A DNA stretch of 44,391 bases from an uncultured Cellvibrionales bacterium (GTDB lineage: Bacteria; Pseudomonadota; Gammaproteobacteria; Pseudomonadales; UBA7239): positions 1 to 44,391 of the forward strand of contig CALMIC010000245.1 in assembly GCA_937864065.1 (NCBI GenBank), in the 5' to 3' direction. The position numbers were made by a program, and so were the translations under genes. The notes under the pieces were generated by a model, which searched no databases, had not been told where the DNA came from, and saw only the letters and a list, made by a program, of their open reading frames with translations. Positions 1 to 9,733 of this stretch are shown piece after piece. Positions within the stretch are counted from its first letter, which is position 1. The number at the start of each line of letters is the position of its first letter.

Positions 1-2
1 CA

Positions 3-251
3 ATGAGTGCAGAACAGTTCAGGGCTCTCGAACACCAGATCGACCAGCTGATCTATCGCTGCCACCAGCTGGAACAGGAAATGCAGGCCTTGCGCCAGCA
101 GGAAGCCAACTGGCGCAAGGAGCGCAGCAGGCTGGTGGAGAAGAACGAACTGGCGCGCACCCGCGTGGAGGCGATGATCCACCGCCTGAAAGCGCTGGAG
201 CAGGAATATGGCACCGGCACCTTGGTGTCTGATGAACCCGGCAACCCCTGA
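3..251 (+). CDS. Small coiled-coil protein, ZapB-like (TIGR02449-type gene that precedes zapA)
   Basis: 82-aa ORF rich in Q/E/R/L heptads (QLEQEMQALRQQEANWRKERSRLVEKNELARTRVEAM). It ends 12 nt upstream of zapA on the same strand. Confidence 0.6.
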   Translation: MSAEQFRALEHQIDQLIYRCHQLEQEMQALRQQEANWRKERSRLVEKNELARTRVEAMIHRLKALEQEYGTGTLVSDEPGNP

Positions 252-263
252 GAGGAATGAGCG

Positions 264-563
264 ATGAGCACCCCCGTTACCGTGCGCTTGCGCATCCTCG
301 ACAGCGACTACCAGGTGGCATGCCCACCGGAAGAAAAGGAAGGCCTGCTGGCTGCCGCCCGCCACCTCGATGAAAAGATGCGCGCGATCCGCTCCAGCGG
401 CAATGTGATCGGCGTCGATCGCATTGCGGTGATGGCCGGCCTCAACATCACGCACGAGTTGCTGCAACAGAGCAACCACAGCGTGGGTGACGGCCGCGAA
501 CTGCAGCGGCTCAGCGACAAGATTGCCCAGGCGCTGGGCAACCAGTCACAACTGGAGCTGTAA
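264..563 (+). CDS. zapA: Cell division protein ZapA
   Basis: 99 aa. VRLRILDSDYQVACPPEEKEGLLAAARHLDEKMRAIR...IAVMAGLNITHELL matches the ZapA family pattern in size and context. Confidence 0.9.
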   Translation: MSTPVTVRLRILDSDYQVACPPEEKEGLLAAARHLDEKMRAIRSSGNVIGVDRIAVMAGLNITHELLQQSNHSVGDGRELQRLSDKIAQALGNQSQLEL

Positions 564-574
564 GCCAGCCCCGC

Positions 575-1144
575 TCAGTCGATATATTCGAATGCCTTGA
601 TGATGCGCTGCGCACCGCCGGTACGCTGCGCCACCAGTGCCGCACGATCCGCCTCGGCCTGGCGCACCAGTCCCATCAGGTAGACCACGCCGTTCTCGGT
701 AACCACCTTGATGCGCCCGCTCCTGATCTGGTTGTTGAAGGCAAGCTTGGTCTTCACCTTGGTCGTCAGCCAGCTGTCATACATGCGCGCACCAGCACGG
801 ATATTCGGCTCCACCGTCAGCGCGTTCTGCACCTGGCGCACGCGCTTCACGTTGGACGCCACTTCCGCCGCGCGGGCGCGCAGGTCTTCGTTCGGCACCT
901 GACCCACCAGCAACACCACGCCGTTATAGCTGACCACGTCGACATGCGCCTTGCGCATCGCCGGGCTGATCTTGTTGATGTTGACCTTGGTGACCGTCTC
1001 GATGTTGTCATCATCGATCACAGCACCGACTGTGCGGGTGGAAGGATTCTGGCGGATGGGGCCCTTGCTGGTGGCATCTATCACCGGCGCACAGGCACCG
1101 AGTATGGTGAGCAGCAGGAAAGCAGCGATAATGCGCATGGTCAT
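575..1144 (-). CDS. dolP: BON-domain outer-membrane lipoprotein DolP/YraP
   Basis: 189 aa with a lipobox (LTILGAC) and two BON-like halves. Its ATG overlaps the diaA stop (ATGA), giving the E. coli diaA-dolP order. Confidence 0.8.
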   Translation of the reverse strand: MTMRIIAAFLLLTILGACAPVIDATSKGPIRQNPSTRTVGAVIDDDNIETVTKVNINKISPAMRKAHVDVVSYNGVVLLVGQVPNEDLRARAAEVASNVKRVRQVQNALTVEPNIRAGARMYDSWLTTKVKTKLAFNNQIRSGRIKVVTENGVVYLMGLVRQAEADRAALVAQRTGGAQRIIKAFEYID

Positions 1145-1731
1145 GTTCCCCCGAACAACTGGTATTCAATCAGTTCGCACAATGCGAACGACAACAACAG
1201 GTGATTTTCATAGATCCTGAAGCGCGATACCAGCGGCACCCGCACCTCGATATCGCGCTCGGCTAGCAACACCGGCAGGTGGCCACCATCGCCAGCCGTG
1301 ATCGCGATGACGCGCATCTCGCGTTCATGCGCGGCACTCACGGCGTTGAGCAGGTTGGCCGGCACACCCGTGCGGGTGAACAGTACCAGACAATCGCCGG
1401 GCTGACCCAGTGCACGTACCTGGCGGGCAAATGCATCATTCAGGCCGTAGTCATTCTCGATCGCGGTCAGCGTCGCACTGCTGTTGTCGAGCACGAGAGC
1501 CGGCAAACCCGGCCGCTCGCGCTCACCCTGGTTCATCAGTGTGGTCGCGAAAAACTGCGCATTGAGCGACGAACCGCCATTGCCACACACCAGCACCTTG
1601 CCGTCGGCCAGCAGGCATTCCGCCAACACCAGGCCGGCGCGCACCAGGGCCGGCGTCACCGCCTCGACACAATCGATCTTGGCATTGATGCTGTGGTGGA
1701 ACAGCTGTTCGACCAGCGTTTCATATTCCAT
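1141..1731 (-). CDS. diaA: SIS-domain DnaA initiator-associating protein DiaA (GmhA-like fold)
   Basis: 196 aa, collinear with E. coli DiaA: CGNGGS..NAQ.FA, ERPGLPA, LTAI.ND, ARQVRALGQPGD. Confidence 0.85.
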   Translation of the reverse strand: MEYETLVEQLFHHSINAKIDCVEAVTPALVRAGLVLAECLLADGKVLVCGNGGSSLNAQFFATTLMNQGERERPGLPALVLDNSSATLTAIENDYGLNDAFARQVRALGQPGDCLVLFTRTGVPANLLNAVSAAHEREMRVIAITAGDGGHLPVLLAERDIEVRVPLVSRFRIYENHLLLSFALCELIEYQLFGGT

Positions 1732-1829
1732 CGCGGCGTACCGGCTCGGCTTCAGGCCGGCATTCTAGCGCAGCACCGGCTGGCAGGCTGCACCTGCGCA
1801 GAATTCTGTCACTATGCGCACCTCTCGCC

Positions 1830-2675
1830 ATGACGGACGCTGCGATGCACAACCGCCCCCGCACCCGACCTGTTTGTTGCCTGTTGCTGGCCACGCTGTT
1901 CACCGCCGGCTGTGCCACCTCACCACAACCGCTGGATCCCGCTGTGCGGGCGCGGCTCGGCAAGGTCTACCTGCACAGTGCCGGTCCGGTGCACAACACC
2001 TACTTCGAGGCCGGTTTCAACACCGGCGGCGCCAGCGGCGCCCTCAAAGGCGCTGGCAAGGGCGCTGTCGACGGGCTGGACCGCTGCCTCGGCAGCGCGC
2101 TCGGCGCCGGTGTGCTGGGCCCACTGGTACTGGCGATCTGCGCACCGCTGCAGATCCCCGTCGCGCTGGTCGAGGGCTCGACGGCCGGCAGCCAGCCGGC
2201 CATTGCTGCCGACACGCTGGCCAGTCTCGAAGAACAGGCCAACAGCAGCCTGCAGTCAGCGGACCTGAGCGGGGCGCTCGTTGCCACCATGGACGAACAA
2301 AGCCAAACGCGGCCGGCCCTGGCCGCGCACGAGATCAGCCACGGCACCTTGCCGGCCCCGGCCGACGGCGAGTCAGTCGCCGACGTCGCCGCGCGCTGGG
2401 ATTACCAGACCGTGCTGGAAATCGAGGTCACTGAGGCCGGCTTCGAGGGCGAGGACGGCCGGGTGCCGATGATGCACTTCAGCATGACGGCAGACATCCG
2501 GCTGATCGACAGCGCGAGCGGCAAGACCCTGCAGCGCGATGAATACCGCTATGACAGCCAGCCGCAACCTTATACCTACTGGTTCCGCGACGATTACCGG
2601 CTGCTGGCGAGCGAACTCGTCAAGGCCAACCGGCGGATGGCTAATGACATCCTCGGCAATGTGTTCCTGAAATAA
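1830..2675 (+). CDS. Hypothetical lipoprotein
   Basis: 281-aa ORF with a signal peptide and lipobox (LLATLFTAGC) and a Gly/Ala-rich N-terminal third. I recognise no family. An intrinsic terminator follows. Confidence 0.55.
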   Translation: MTDAAMHNRPRTRPVCCLLLATLFTAGCATSPQPLDPAVRARLGKVYLHSAGPVHNTYFEAGFNTGGASGALKGAGKGAVDGLDRCLGSALGAGVLGPLVLAICAPLQIPVALVEGSTAGSQPAIAADTLASLEEQANSSLQSADLSGALVATMDEQSQTRPALAAHEISHGTLPAPADGESVADVAARWDYQTVLEIEVTEAGFEGEDGRVPMMHFSMTADIRLIDSASGKTLQRDEYRYDSQPQPYTYWFRDDYRLLASELVKANRRMANDILGNVFLK

Positions 2676-2703
2676 AAAACCCCGGCACAGGGCCGGGGTT
2701 TTG
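2674..2703. terminator. Bidirectional rho-independent terminator
   Basis: AAAAAA-CCCCGGC-acagg-GCCGGGG-TTTT lies between the convergent lipoprotein gene and metK. Confidence 0.7.
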
Positions 2704-2718
2704 TCTTGCATCAGGCCA

Positions 2719-2740
2719 GGGCGACCGCAGGTCGCCCCTA
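2719..2740. repeat. REP-like palindrome (GGGCGACC-gca-GGTCGCCC-CTAC)
   Basis: 8-bp GC-rich stem followed by CTAC. The same core recurs at 23813-23836 and in related form at 19731-19758. Confidence 0.4.
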
Positions 2741-2744
2741 CAGG

Positions 2745-3938
<1,194 letters not shown>

Positions 3939-3961
3939 GGACGCAACTCCTATACACAGGC

Positions 3962-4963
3962 TTAGACAAGGTGGTTGAAGGACGGCAGCTTGCGCGCCGC
4001 GTGGATCTGGATCTGGAAGCCGTTGCGCAGCGCCAGATACTGGCTGTGCTCGACGGCCAGTTTCGCCTGCGCGAACCAGCCGGTGAGCTCATCGGGATCG
4101 AAACCCAGCCAGATGTCGCCGCAGGACTCGCGCACCCAGCTCTGCTGGTGGTGGCACAGTTCGCAGACCAGCAGCACGGCATCGGGCGGCAGCAGCTGGC
4201 CCGCTGCCGCAATGACAGCGGCCGGCGATGGCGTGTGGTGCAGCACCATGTTCAGCACCACGCAGTCGGGTTTCAGGCTCGCCGGCAACCCGGCGATCTC
4301 GCCGCACTGCAGGTCGACATTCTTGAGTTGGTGGGCGCTCACATAGTCGGCAGCTTGCGCCAACATGGGCTGGTTGTTATCCAGCCCGAGCACCCTGGCA
4401 AAGCGCGGCGCCAGTTCACCGAGGAACTGGCCGTTGCCGGGGCCGATCTCCAGCGCCAACTGTTGCGCCGGCAGGTCCAGCTGGTCCAGCAGGCGCGCCA
4501 CGGCCGGGCCATACAGTTCGTAATCGGCAATCTGCTCCTGCTGCTCGCGGAACAGGGCGGCATTGTCCTCGAAGAAAGCCGTCGAGCTCGCCGTGCGCTC
4601 ACGCTGCACCTCGGCCAGGCGGGCGGCAAGGGCGGCATCGGGCGGCATGCGGTCGATGCGGGCGAACAACGCCTGCTGCAACTCCGGGTGCTCCGATTCG
4701 GCGGCAGCGGCGCGGCGATAGAAAATCGTGTTGCCCTCGCGCCGCGTGGCCACCAGGCCGGCCTGGGCGAGGATCTTCAGGTGGTGGCTCATGCCTGACT
4801 GCTTGACCGCCAGCAGGTGGCACAACTCCAGCACGGCGAACGAATCACGCTTTAGCAGGCGCAGCACCGCCAGCCGCAGCGGGTCGGCTGCAGCCTTCAG
4901 GTAACTGGCCAGTGCGAGCGCGTCGCTGTCACTGGCCTGCTCGGGCAGGGAATCGGTCAACAT
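3962..4963 (-). CDS. sahR: ArsR-family wHTH regulator fused to a SAM-methyltransferase-like domain (SahR-type, SAH-responsive regulator of the methyl cycle)
   Basis: 333 aa. N-terminus has an ArsR HTH (LRLAVLRLL...[26 protein letters not shown]). C-terminus has MTase motif I ([10 protein letters not shown]). It sits 23 nt upstream of metK on the same strand, the architecture and context described for SahR. Confidence 0.7.
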   Translation of the reverse strand: MLTDSLPEQASDSDALALASYLKAAADPLRLAVLRLLKRDSFAVLELCHLLAVKQSGMSHHLKILAQAGLVATRREGNTIFYRRAAAAESEHPELQQALFARIDRMPPDAALAARLAEVQRERTASSTAFFEDNAALFREQQEQIADYELYGPAVARLLDQLDLPAQQLALEIGPGNGQFLGELAPRFARVLGLDNNQPMLAQAADYVSAHQLKNVDLQCGEIAGLPASLKPDCVVLNMVLHHTPSPAAVIAAAGQLLPPDAVLLVCELCHHQQSWVRESCGDIWLGFDPDELTGWFAQAKLAVEHSQYLALRNGFQIQIHAARKLPSFNHLV

Positions 4964-4989
4964 GGCAGTTCAGGTTTCCGGGGGCGTCG

Positions 4990-5035
4990 ATACTAGCAGA
5001 GCAGCCACCTATATCAAAGATTTTTGATATAGGTG
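4990..5035 (-). promoter_or_regulatory. Candidate sigma70 promoter of sahR-metK with an overlapping palindromic operator
   Basis: On the minus strand TTGATA-16 nt-TAGTAT (plus coordinates 5017-5012 and 4995-4990). The -35 lies inside the perfect 13-4-13 palindrome CACCTATATCAAA-gatt-TTTGATATAGGTG (5006-5035), 43-72 nt upstream of the start codon. Confidence 0.5.
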
Positions 5036-5036
5036 T

Positions 5037-7394
5037 TCAGTGCCGGGAGCGGGCCAGGGGCGAGAGCAGAAGACAGCACACCAGCCCGATGCTGACCACG
5101 GTGCCGAAGGAGCTGATGGCGGCCGTCTGGCTCAGCGCGAGCAGGCCGAAGGACAGCAGCGTGGTGATGGTCGACAGCAGCACGGCCAGCATCGTGCTGT
5201 CACGGTGTTCGCCGCTCTCGGCGAAGAAGATGCTGTAGTCGATGCCGACCCCCAGCGTCAGCAGCAGCGCCAGCACATGGAACAAGTTGACCGGCACGCC
5301 CAGGTGGCCGAGCAGACCCAGCGTGATCCAGGCTGCCAGCAGCGGCGCCAGCAGCACATGCCAGCCCGCGCGCAAGCCGTAACGCAGGCCGAGCAACAGC
5401 GCGATGACGCTGTAGGCCACCAGCATCATCCAGCCGGCCTGTTCGCGGTAATGCCTGAACAAGGCTGAAATATCCGCCACCGGATCCATCCAGTGCACGC
5501 CGGGAAACTGCGCGCGCCAGCCCGGATCGGCGGTCTGCGAGCGCAGCGCGACAAAGTCGCTGGCGCCCTGCAAGTGCAGCGCGGCAATGTAGCCGCGCGC
5601 GGTCTGCGTGAGCTGGTAACGCTCGAGCTGTGGTGCGAGCGGCGTCTGCAGGAGATCAGTGTATTGCAGCCACTGTTGCGGTTCAGCGGCCAGCAGCGCG
5701 GCCGCCTGCGCGGTGACGGCCGGCGCAAAACCGAGCGCCTGCTGCCAGCGCTGCGCAAAACTGTCGCTGCCCGCTGGCGCGGCAAACAGCGAACGCTGCA
5801 GCGCGAGGTTTTCCGCCTGGCGCTGTTGCGATGGCAGGTAGCGGGTGATCGCATCGGCGCGATAGCCGTTGGCCGACAGCCAGTCGACGAGCTGTTCCGT
5901 GCGCTGCAACAACTGCTCCACCGTCTCACCTTCCACGAGATAGAAACGGCTGCCGGGTTCGAATCCGGTGAGCTGCTGCACGCGCTGTTCCATTGCGGCG
6001 ATACCCGGCTCCGGTGTCTGCAGCAGGCGCAGGTCATCGTTCGCCTGCAAGTGCAGCAAACCCGGCGCCATCGCCAGCGCCAGTGCGGCAATAAGCCAGC
6101 GGCTGGCGCGATGGTCATAAGTGCGGCGCAGCAGCGCATCAAAGCGTCCGCTCCACTGCAACCAGCGCGGGTTGCCGTAAGACAACACCGGCAACAGGCG
6201 TGGGTAGAGGCTCACCACCGTGAGCCAGGCCATGAACAGACCGGCACAGGAAAACAGCGCGATCTGCCGCAAGACCGGGAATGGCGCAAAACCGATAGCG
6301 GCATAGGCGATGACACTGGTGAGCATCGCATAACTGATGCCGGGGAAGACACGCCGCAGGCTGGCATAACGATCACCGCCCGCCGCCGCACTGATCTTGT
6401 AGTGCTCGGCGAGGTAATGCAGGCTGTAATCCATCGCCACCCCGATGACACTGCTGCCAAATACCAACGTGATGAGGTGAATCTCGCCATAGCACCAGAG
6501 TGTCGCCAGCAGCCCGGCCAGGACGCCGGTCGCCAGCGGCAGCAATGAGGCGAGCAACGCGCGCGCGCCGCGAAAGACAAGCAGCATCAGCACGATGATG
6601 CCGGCCAGCGAGCCGTTGCCGATCGTCGACACCTCGCGCTTGGCACTGCTGGCGCCCCACACCGCATGTTGCACGGCACCCATCAGCAACAGTTCTGCTG
6701 GCGGCACCTCGCGCTGCAGTGCCTGCTGCAGGTTGTCACGCCATTGCTCGTAGTGCGGGTGGAATGCCATGTCGAACGTATCGCGCGTGATGTCGACCAG
6801 CAACACGCGCCAGACCTTGCCGTCGGCATTCACCAGCAGCTCGCCATCGACGTTGCGGATGTTGCCCTGCGCCAGCGGCAGGCCGTGCATGAACTGGTAG
6901 AACGTCAGTAGCGGATCATTCGCCAGCAGCGACGCATTGACACCACCCACTGGGCTGAACACCGTCTGCACCCGTTGCGCCTGCAACGCGGCCTCGTCGT
7001 GGCGCAATAACAGCTGGCGGTCGCTGTCGCCCAGCAGCAGCGGGCGCCACTGGTAGTAGAACGCGCCGATGGCGCGCGCCTGTTCCGCATTGAGGCCGGC
7101 CATGGGCGGACCAAAAAAAGATTGTGCGGCAATCGACTGCTTGACCAGCGCGGTTGCGCGCCGACTGTCCTCATCGGCAGCAGCCCCGACGAGCACCAGC
7201 AATTTTCGGCTCATCATGCCGTTGCTGCGCTCCAGCGCATCGCGCAACACGGCGTCATCGCGCAATGCCGGCAGCAGGTGCATGATGTTGTTGCGTACCG
7301 GGATGCCCGGCCAGACATTGAAGGTCAGTGCCAGCAGCGCCGAAACACACAGTGCCGCCAGCAGTGCGATCCCGAGACGTGACAGCCAGCGCAC
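5037..7394 (-). CDS. MMPL/RND-superfamily exporter
   Basis: 785 aa with two blocks of about 6 TM helices, each preceded by a large soluble loop. Its neighbours are the LolA-like and thioesterase genes typical of lipid/aryl-polyene type export modules. Confidence 0.8.
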   Translation of the reverse strand: MRWLSRLGIALLAALCVSALLALTFNVWPGIPVRNNIMHLLPALRDDAVLRDALERSNGMMSRKLLVLVGAAADEDSRRATALVKQSIAAQSFFGPPMAGLNAEQARAIGAFYYQWRPLLLGDSDRQLLLRHDEAALQAQRVQTVFSPVGGVNASLLANDPLLTFYQFMHGLPLAQGNIRNVDGELLVNADGKVWRVLLVDITRDTFDMAFHPHYEQWRDNLQQALQREVPPAELLLMGAVQHAVWGASSAKREVSTIGNGSLAGIIVLMLLVFRGARALLASLLPLATGVLAGLLATLWCYGEIHLITLVFGSSVIGVAMDYSLHYLAEHYKISAAAGGDRYASLRRVFPGISYAMLTSVIAYAAIGFAPFPVLRQIALFSCAGLFMAWLTVVSLYPRLLPVLSYGNPRWLQWSGRFDALLRRTYDHRASRWLIAALALAMAPGLLHLQANDDLRLLQTPEPGIAAMEQRVQQLTGFEPGSRFYLVEGETVEQLLQRTEQLVDWLSANGYRADAITRYLPSQQRQAENLALQRSLFAAPAGSDSFAQRWQQALGFAPAVTAQAAALLAAEPQQWLQYTDLLQTPLAPQLERYQLTQTARGYIAALHLQGASDFVALRSQTADPGWRAQFPGVHWMDPVADISALFRHYREQAGWMMLVAYSVIALLLGLRYGLRAGWHVLLAPLLAAWITLGLLGHLGVPVNLFHVLALLLTLGVGIDYSIFFAESGEHRDSTMLAVLLSTITTLLSFGLLALSQTAAISSFGTVVSIGLVCCLLLSPLARSRH

Positions 7395-7411
7395 CGGAAA
7401 CCTCGCCGGCT

Positions 7412-7972
7412 TCAGGGCAGTGTTTGCAGGCGGATCAACGTGCGGTCACCGTTGCTTTCGCGGATCTGCACGGACAGGATCTGCTGCTGTTCGCCCTGCA
7501 CTTCAATCGCGGCCAGCAATTTTTGCAATGCGCTGGCGTGCGGTGTGATGCGCAGTGTCCAGCTGGCTGCACTGCCTTCAGCCGCAACAGTCGCCAGATG
7601 CTCCTTGCCCTGCCACTGGCCGCTGAAAGCCGCGGCCATCGCCTCGCCAAGCGCAGCAGCGAGCGGATTGCCGGCAGCATTGAGCACGCGTTCGCCCTGC
7701 GCGTCGATCTCGCGGATCGTGTCGCCGTCAATCTCGTAGCGCATCACGTAAGGCTGGCGGATATCCCAGGTCACGCGACGCGCATCATTGACATGCAATT
7801 CGCCTTCGGTCACCAGCGGCTTGTCGAGCATCGCCAGCTGTTTTTCCTGCACGAAGCGGAAATGCTTCTGCGGCTGTTTTGCCAAACCCGCGAGAACCTG
7901 GTCCCGCAAGACTTCATCGGCGTGCAGCGGCATGCACAGCAACAGCGCCAATAAAGGCAGCACCAGTTTCAT
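7412..7972 (-). CDS. LolA-like periplasmic lipoprotein-carrier-fold protein
   Basis: 186 aa with a signal peptide (LLALLLCMPLHA). Size and sequence resemble the LolA-related proteins that accompany MMPL exporters. Its start overlaps the thioesterase stop (ATGA at 7969-7972). Confidence 0.7.
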   Translation of the reverse strand: MKLVLPLLALLLCMPLHADEVLRDQVLAGLAKQPQKHFRFVQEKQLAMLDKPLVTEGELHVNDARRVTWDIRQPYVMRYEIDGDTIREIDAQGERVLNAAGNPLAAALGEAMAAAFSGQWQGKEHLATVAAEGSAASWTLRITPHASALQKLLAAIEVQGEQQQILSVQIRESNGDRTLIRLQTLP

Positions 7973-8442
7973 GCCAGCAATCCCGGCGCGGGCGCTGCGC
8001 CCAGTTGCCGTTCACGTTCGCGAAACGCGCACAGTTTCTCGCGTAGCACCGGCGGTGACACATAGCACATCTCGCGCGATTTCATTTCTACCGCCACCTG
8101 CACGGTATAGGCCTTGCTGAGCTTCTCGCCGCTGAAAGCATCGCGGATGACGAAATCGATCTTCAGGCGGTTTTCGTATTCGACCAGCTCAGCCTCGACG
8201 CGGATGCGCTGCTTGAACGTGAGTGGGCGGATGAACTTGATGCGCATGTCGATGACAGGCCAGCCGTAGCCGGACTCGCGCATTTTCGGGTAGTCGTAGT
8301 CAATGCGGTCGAGCAACGCGCAGCGGGCGATCTCGAGATAACGTGCGTAGTTGCCGTGCCACACCACTTCCATCGCATCGACATCCTGGAACGGGATGTC
8401 GATGTCGACCGAAATAGCCACCGGCAACAGCGGGTCGTTCAT
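7969..8442 (-). CDS. Acyl-CoA/acyl-ACP thioesterase, 4HBT (hotdog, YbgC-like) family
   Basis: 157 aa. The motif PFQDVDAMEVVWHGNYARYLEIAR is typical of 4HBT hotdog thioesterases. Confidence 0.8.
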   Translation of the reverse strand: MNDPLLPVAISVDIDIPFQDVDAMEVVWHGNYARYLEIARCALLDRIDYDYPKMRESGYGWPVIDMRIKFIRPLTFKQRIRVEAELVEYENRLKIDFVIRDAFSGEKLSKAYTVQVAVEMKSREMCYVSPPVLREKLCAFRERERQLGAAPAPGLLA

Positions 8443-8455
8443 GGCCGGCGCCGGT

Positions 8456-8899
8456 TCAGTGCGCAGCGCCCTGCTGCTCGACCATCTGCTGGTACAGCGC
8501 CTCGAAATTGATCGGCGGCAGCATCAGCGGCGGCAGCGTACCTGCCACCATCATGCTGTCGATGACCTGACGCGCATACGGGAACAGTATGCTCGGACAG
8601 TTGATACCCATCACCTGGCGCATCTGTCCATCATTCAAGCCCTTGATGAGGAACAGGCCGGCCTGCTTGACCTCGACGACGAAGGCCACCTGATCGTCCA
8701 TCTTGCCGGTCACGGTGACAGTCAGCACGACTTCATAGTGGTCGTCATTGACGGCGGTCGTGGTGGTGGCAAGCTCCTGCTGCACGGCAGGCTTCCACGG
8801 CTTGCCAAACAGGGCAACACCCTGCGGCGATTCGAAGGAAACGTCCTTCACGTAGATGCGCTGCACGCCGAATTGTTGTTCCGGTTGTTGCTCTGACAT
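8456..8899 (-). CDS. secB: Protein-export chaperone SecB
   Basis: 147 aa. QRIYVKDVSFESPQ..., size, and the grxC-secB order. Confidence 0.95.
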   Translation of the reverse strand: MSEQQPEQQFGVQRIYVKDVSFESPQGVALFGKPWKPAVQQELATTTTAVNDDHYEVVLTVTVTGKMDDQVAFVVEVKQAGLFLIKGLNDGQMRQVMGINCPSILFPYARQVIDSMMVAGTLPPLMLPPINFEALYQQMVEQQGAAH

Positions 8900-8920
8900 T
8901 GTGTAGCTCCTGGCGGGAAT

Positions 8921-9181
8921 TCAGGGTTGTGTAGCGAGCAGGGCATCCAGCTCGCCACGGTGTTCAAGGGCATGCAGGTCGTCGCAGCCGCCGACATGCT
9001 GCTCGCCGACCCAGATCTGTGGCACGGTGTGACGCCCGGCGCGCGCGGTCATTTCCTCGCGCAGGTCGGGCCGGCCGTCGACACAGATCTCGTCAAACGC
9101 AACGCCCTTGCTGCGCAACAGCGCCTTTGCGCGCATGCAGTAGGGACAGAAATCGGAAGAGTAGATGGTCACGCTGGCCAT
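8921..9181 (-). CDS. grxC: Glutaredoxin 3
   Basis: 86 aa with the CPYC active site (IYSSDFCPYCMRAK) and TVPQIWVGEQHVGGCDDL. Confidence 0.9.
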   Translation of the reverse strand: MASVTIYSSDFCPYCMRAKALLRSKGVAFDEICVDGRPDLREEMTARAGRHTVPQIWVGEQHVGGCDDLHALEHRGELDALLATQP

Positions 9182-9194
9182 GGCCGCCTCCCGC

Positions 9195-9605
9195 TCACTT
9201 TCCCTTGACGACCGGGAGGCTGGAGGCAGTCCACTCGCTCATGCCGCCGGTGAGGCGGGTGACCTGGAAGCCGGCCTGCTTCAGGGTGCGGCCGGCATGG
9301 GCACTGTGCTGGCCCAGCTTGTCGACCAGCACCAGCGGGCGGGCCTTGTCGAGCTCGGCCATGCGCTCGGCCAGCTTGGCAAAGGGGACGTTGACGGCAT
9401 CGACGATGTGGCCGTCGCGGAATTCCTTGGGCTCGCGCAAGTCCAGTACCAGCGCATTGCCGCTGTTGACCTGCTGGGTCAGCTGGTGGACGGAGATGCT
9501 GTCGCCGGCGCGGCGGTTCTCGCTCCAGAGGAACAGGCCGACGAGGGCCAGCAGGATGGATACCAGCAGCCATTGCTCGCCGAGGAAGATGAGGAACTGG
9601 GTCAT
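9195..9605 (-). CDS. Membrane-anchored rhodanese-domain protein (YibN-like)
   Basis: 136 aa with an N-terminal TM helix followed by a rhodanese fold (LDLREPKEFRDGHIVDAVNVP). It occupies the yibN position upstream of grxC-secB. Confidence 0.8.
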   Translation of the reverse strand: MTQFLIFLGEQWLLVSILLALVGLFLWSENRRAGDSISVHQLTQQVNSGNALVLDLREPKEFRDGHIVDAVNVPFAKLAERMAELDKARPLVLVDKLGQHSAHAGRTLKQAGFQVTRLTGGMSEWTASSLPVVKGK

Positions 9606-9733
9606 GACAGGGCTCGAAAAGCGGGTCGATCAGGAGTCCGGCAGTATACACGGCTACCTTGCCACAGTGCTTTAACGTCCAGCGGTGCTTCCGTAATATA
9701 GCTTCCCCTTGCTTGCCGTTGGCGACTTCCCCC

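Noticed and set aside
564-574. Expected the 6S RNA gene (ssrS), which follows zapA in many gammaproteobacteria
   Set aside because: Only 11 nt separate the zapA stop from the stop of the convergent dolP gene, so there is no room for a roughly 180-nt RNA. The synteny is simply different here.
1721-1963. Looked for yraN/lpoA upstream of diaA as in E. coli; an 80-aa minus-strand ORF is present
   Set aside because: The translation is Arg/Ala/Gly-rich low-complexity with no YraN (UPF0102) features, and it overlaps the better-supported lipoprotein gene start. It is a GC-driven spurious ORF.
3939-3961. SAM riboswitch upstream of metK
   Set aside because: The gap to the upstream gene is only 23 nt, too short for any riboswitch. 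metK is more likely co-transcribed with the sahR-like gene.
9659-9733. N-terminal extensions in the ORF track for gpmI (9659), nnr (12618), the LLM oxidoreductase (21988), the acyl-CoA synthetase (26650) and blc (24360)
   Set aside because: The extensions overlap upstream genes or intergenic DNA, lack RBSs and encode atypical sequence. Internal starts with Shine-Dalgarno motifs match the conserved N-termini.
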